This document shows positions 5,256-6,491 of a stretch of DNA of 6,491 nt, in pieces (the first letter of the stretch is position 1; each line of letters starts with the position of its first letter). Both the position numbers and the translations under genes were made by a program. The stretch lies in contig CBFFRP010000157.1 in assembly GCA_965644295.1 (NCBI GenBank), positions 1-6,491 on the forward strand, given 5' to 3'. This DNA is from Paraphysomonas bandaiensis. Lineage: Eukaryota; Protista; Chrysophyceae. The notes under the pieces are model-generated. The model had not been told where the DNA came from. It was given only the letters and a program-made list of their open reading frames with translations, and did no database searches.

Positions 5256-6491
5256 ATGGATGTCAATCAAGACGAAGCCACAGACCTGCAGCGTCTAATG
5301 CAGGGATTCGTAGAGCAAATTACAGGCGCGGTAAATACTCTAACTGAGACAGTAGCTGGGGTAAAAGATGACGTAGCTGGGCTCAAGCACGACGTAGCTG
5401 AGGTCAGCGATGAGCTCAAGGAATTGAGAGTAAGAGTAGCTGTCCTGGAAGGGACTTATTCATTTCCGGAACCATCTCCTCCTAGAAATTCACCAGCACC
5501 TGCCAGTGAACTTAGCCAGGAAGAAGCCGTAGAAGAGGCAAAGCCGAAACAAGGACCTGCTGAGAAGCAAAAGAAGGGTAGACCTTCCGTGTTACATGAG
5601 ATTGCTCAGGCGTCTAGAAGGCAGTCTATCGACGCAATTATTCCAACGCGAACTTCAACCAACGATGAATCAGATCCATTCGATGTAAAGTCAGTCAAAG
5701 GTTCTATATTCAGAGAGATTGCCAGCAGCGAGAGACAGGTAGCCTCGAGTGGAGAAGTGGTGATGCGACAGGCTAAGGAGTGCAATGTCAGAATAGATAG
5801 TTTCCAGCTATCGAAGGTGACGAAAGCTATCAAAGCAATCATGAATTTTCAGGAGGAAGAGAACACGAAAGTCAGAGTTCAGAAAATTCTCTCTCAAGCA
5901 TGCAAGGAGCACCTGCGTTCCAAATACCAGTTGACGCAGGGACAACTGGGATCGCTTGGTATTACAGATCTTATTAGAGTGATAGCCAACGAGACCAAAG
6001 TGTTTTCTAGACCAGCGTTTTACAAGGAATTAGAGGAAGCCCTACGACATTCCAGAGTCATGGGATGGGCTGTTGTGTCTCCCGTGAACCACGAGACATT
6101 CTACCATCAACAGCTAAAATTGATATCGGAGTTCGGAAGAATGCTTAACATTATGTTGGAGGGCAACAAGGACTGGTGCCCGAGAATTGATGACAAGCCG
6201 GGAGGACTTATTCGGCTTTTCAAAACGTGCAATGATGCAGAGTACTTCGAACATGTATGGAGTTGCATGACCGAAACTAAGTTTAAGAACATGCAGGAAT
6301 TCTTTGATCAGTACACCGAAATTATTTCTGATGAGTATCAGTTGAGTGTAGCTGTTAGGGAAATCCCCTACAAATGTTTAACAGAGCACAAGGAGAGGTT
6401 GAGAGTCTACAGAGAGAAGAAGGCGAATGAGAAGAAGATATTTTCAAAACCTCGCGTCTTAAAACCTCTGAATGCCATCGAGAAGTTCGAA
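5256..6491 (+). CDS. Gag-like protein (at least 412 aa, open at the window end) with an N-terminal coiled coil
   Basis: Hand translation from ATG 5256 shows no stop to 6491: MDVNQDEATDLQRLMQGFVEQITGAVNTLTETVAGVKDDVAGLKHDVAEVSDELKELRVRVAVLEG...PEPSPPRNSPAP...helical core...KPLNAIEKFE. It is absent from the track because it has no stop. The Gag call rests on position and architecture, not on a recognised motif. Confidence 0.85.
   Translation, partial: MDVNQDEATDLQRLMQGFVEQITGAVNTLTETVAGVKDDVAGLKHDVAEVSDELKELRVRVAVLEGTYSFPEPSPPRNSPAPASELSQEEAVEEAKPKQGPAEKQKKGRPSVLHEIAQASRRQSIDAIIPTRTSTNDESDPFDVKSVKGSIFREIASSERQVASSGEVVMRQAKECNVRIDSFQLSKVTKAIKAIMNFQEEENTKVRVQKILSQACKEHLRSKYQLTQGQLGSLGITDLIRVIANETKVFSRPAFYKELEEALRHSRVMGWAVVSPVNHETFYHQQLKLISEFGRMLNIMLEGNKDWCPRIDDKPGGLIRLFKTCNDAEYFEHVWSCMTETKFKNMQEFFDQYTEIISDEYQLSVAVREIPYKCLTEHKERLRVYREKKANEKKIFSKPRVLKPLNAIEKFE

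Larger units (their letters stand above)
3855..6491 (+). mobile_element. LTR retrotransposon, 5' part (LTR, short UTR, gag-like ORF). Superfamily unresolved, gypsy-like favoured.
   Basis: Transposase homology stops mid-codon at TGTAAC (3855). The inverse hexamer GTTACA is at 5164-5169. A long ORF starts 86 bp later. pol and the 3' LTR are outside the window. Confidence 0.8.

Noticed and set aside
4287-6292. Short ORFs 4287-4505 (-), 4935-5159 (+), 5076-5270 (-), 5606-5842 (-) and 6107-6292 (-)
   Set aside because: Short, motif-free, and either inside LTR non-coding DNA or antisense to the long Gag-like ORF.
6328-6365. CTGATGAG...GAAA as a hammerhead ribozyme core
   Set aside because: It lacks the G-C pair closing stem II before GAAA, has no convincing stems I and III, and lies within the Gag-like reading frame.

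Overview
This is eukaryotic, probably protist or stramenopile-like, repeat DNA made almost entirely of four adjacent or nested mobile elements, with no ordinary host gene. (1) 1-1150, minus strand: a heavily frameshifted Ty1/copia RT-RNase H region with HVDD (CoDi-like) motifs. It is cut off at ~1150 with no LTR. (2) ~1151-2178: an AT-rich, virus-like island. It carries two compact intronless minus-strand genes preceded by TATATA(A)ATG, a repeat- and hairpin-rich non-coding tract, and a (C)11(TC)n end that reads 5'-AGAGAGAG on the minus strand. This is best read as the terminus of an endogenous Polinton or Polinton-like virus (inference). (3) 2744-3854: a spliced Mutator/MULE-type transposase with two ~60-bp GT-AG introns, downstream of a 24-bp direct repeat. 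(4) 3855 to the window end: an LTR retrotransposon inserted into that transposase. It has a ~1.3-kb TGTAAC...GTTACA LTR, no canonical tRNA primer-binding site (PBS), and an intact Gag-like ORF of at least 412 codons (5256 to end) that the supplied ORF track missed. All family assignments come from reading motifs by eye. No searches were run.
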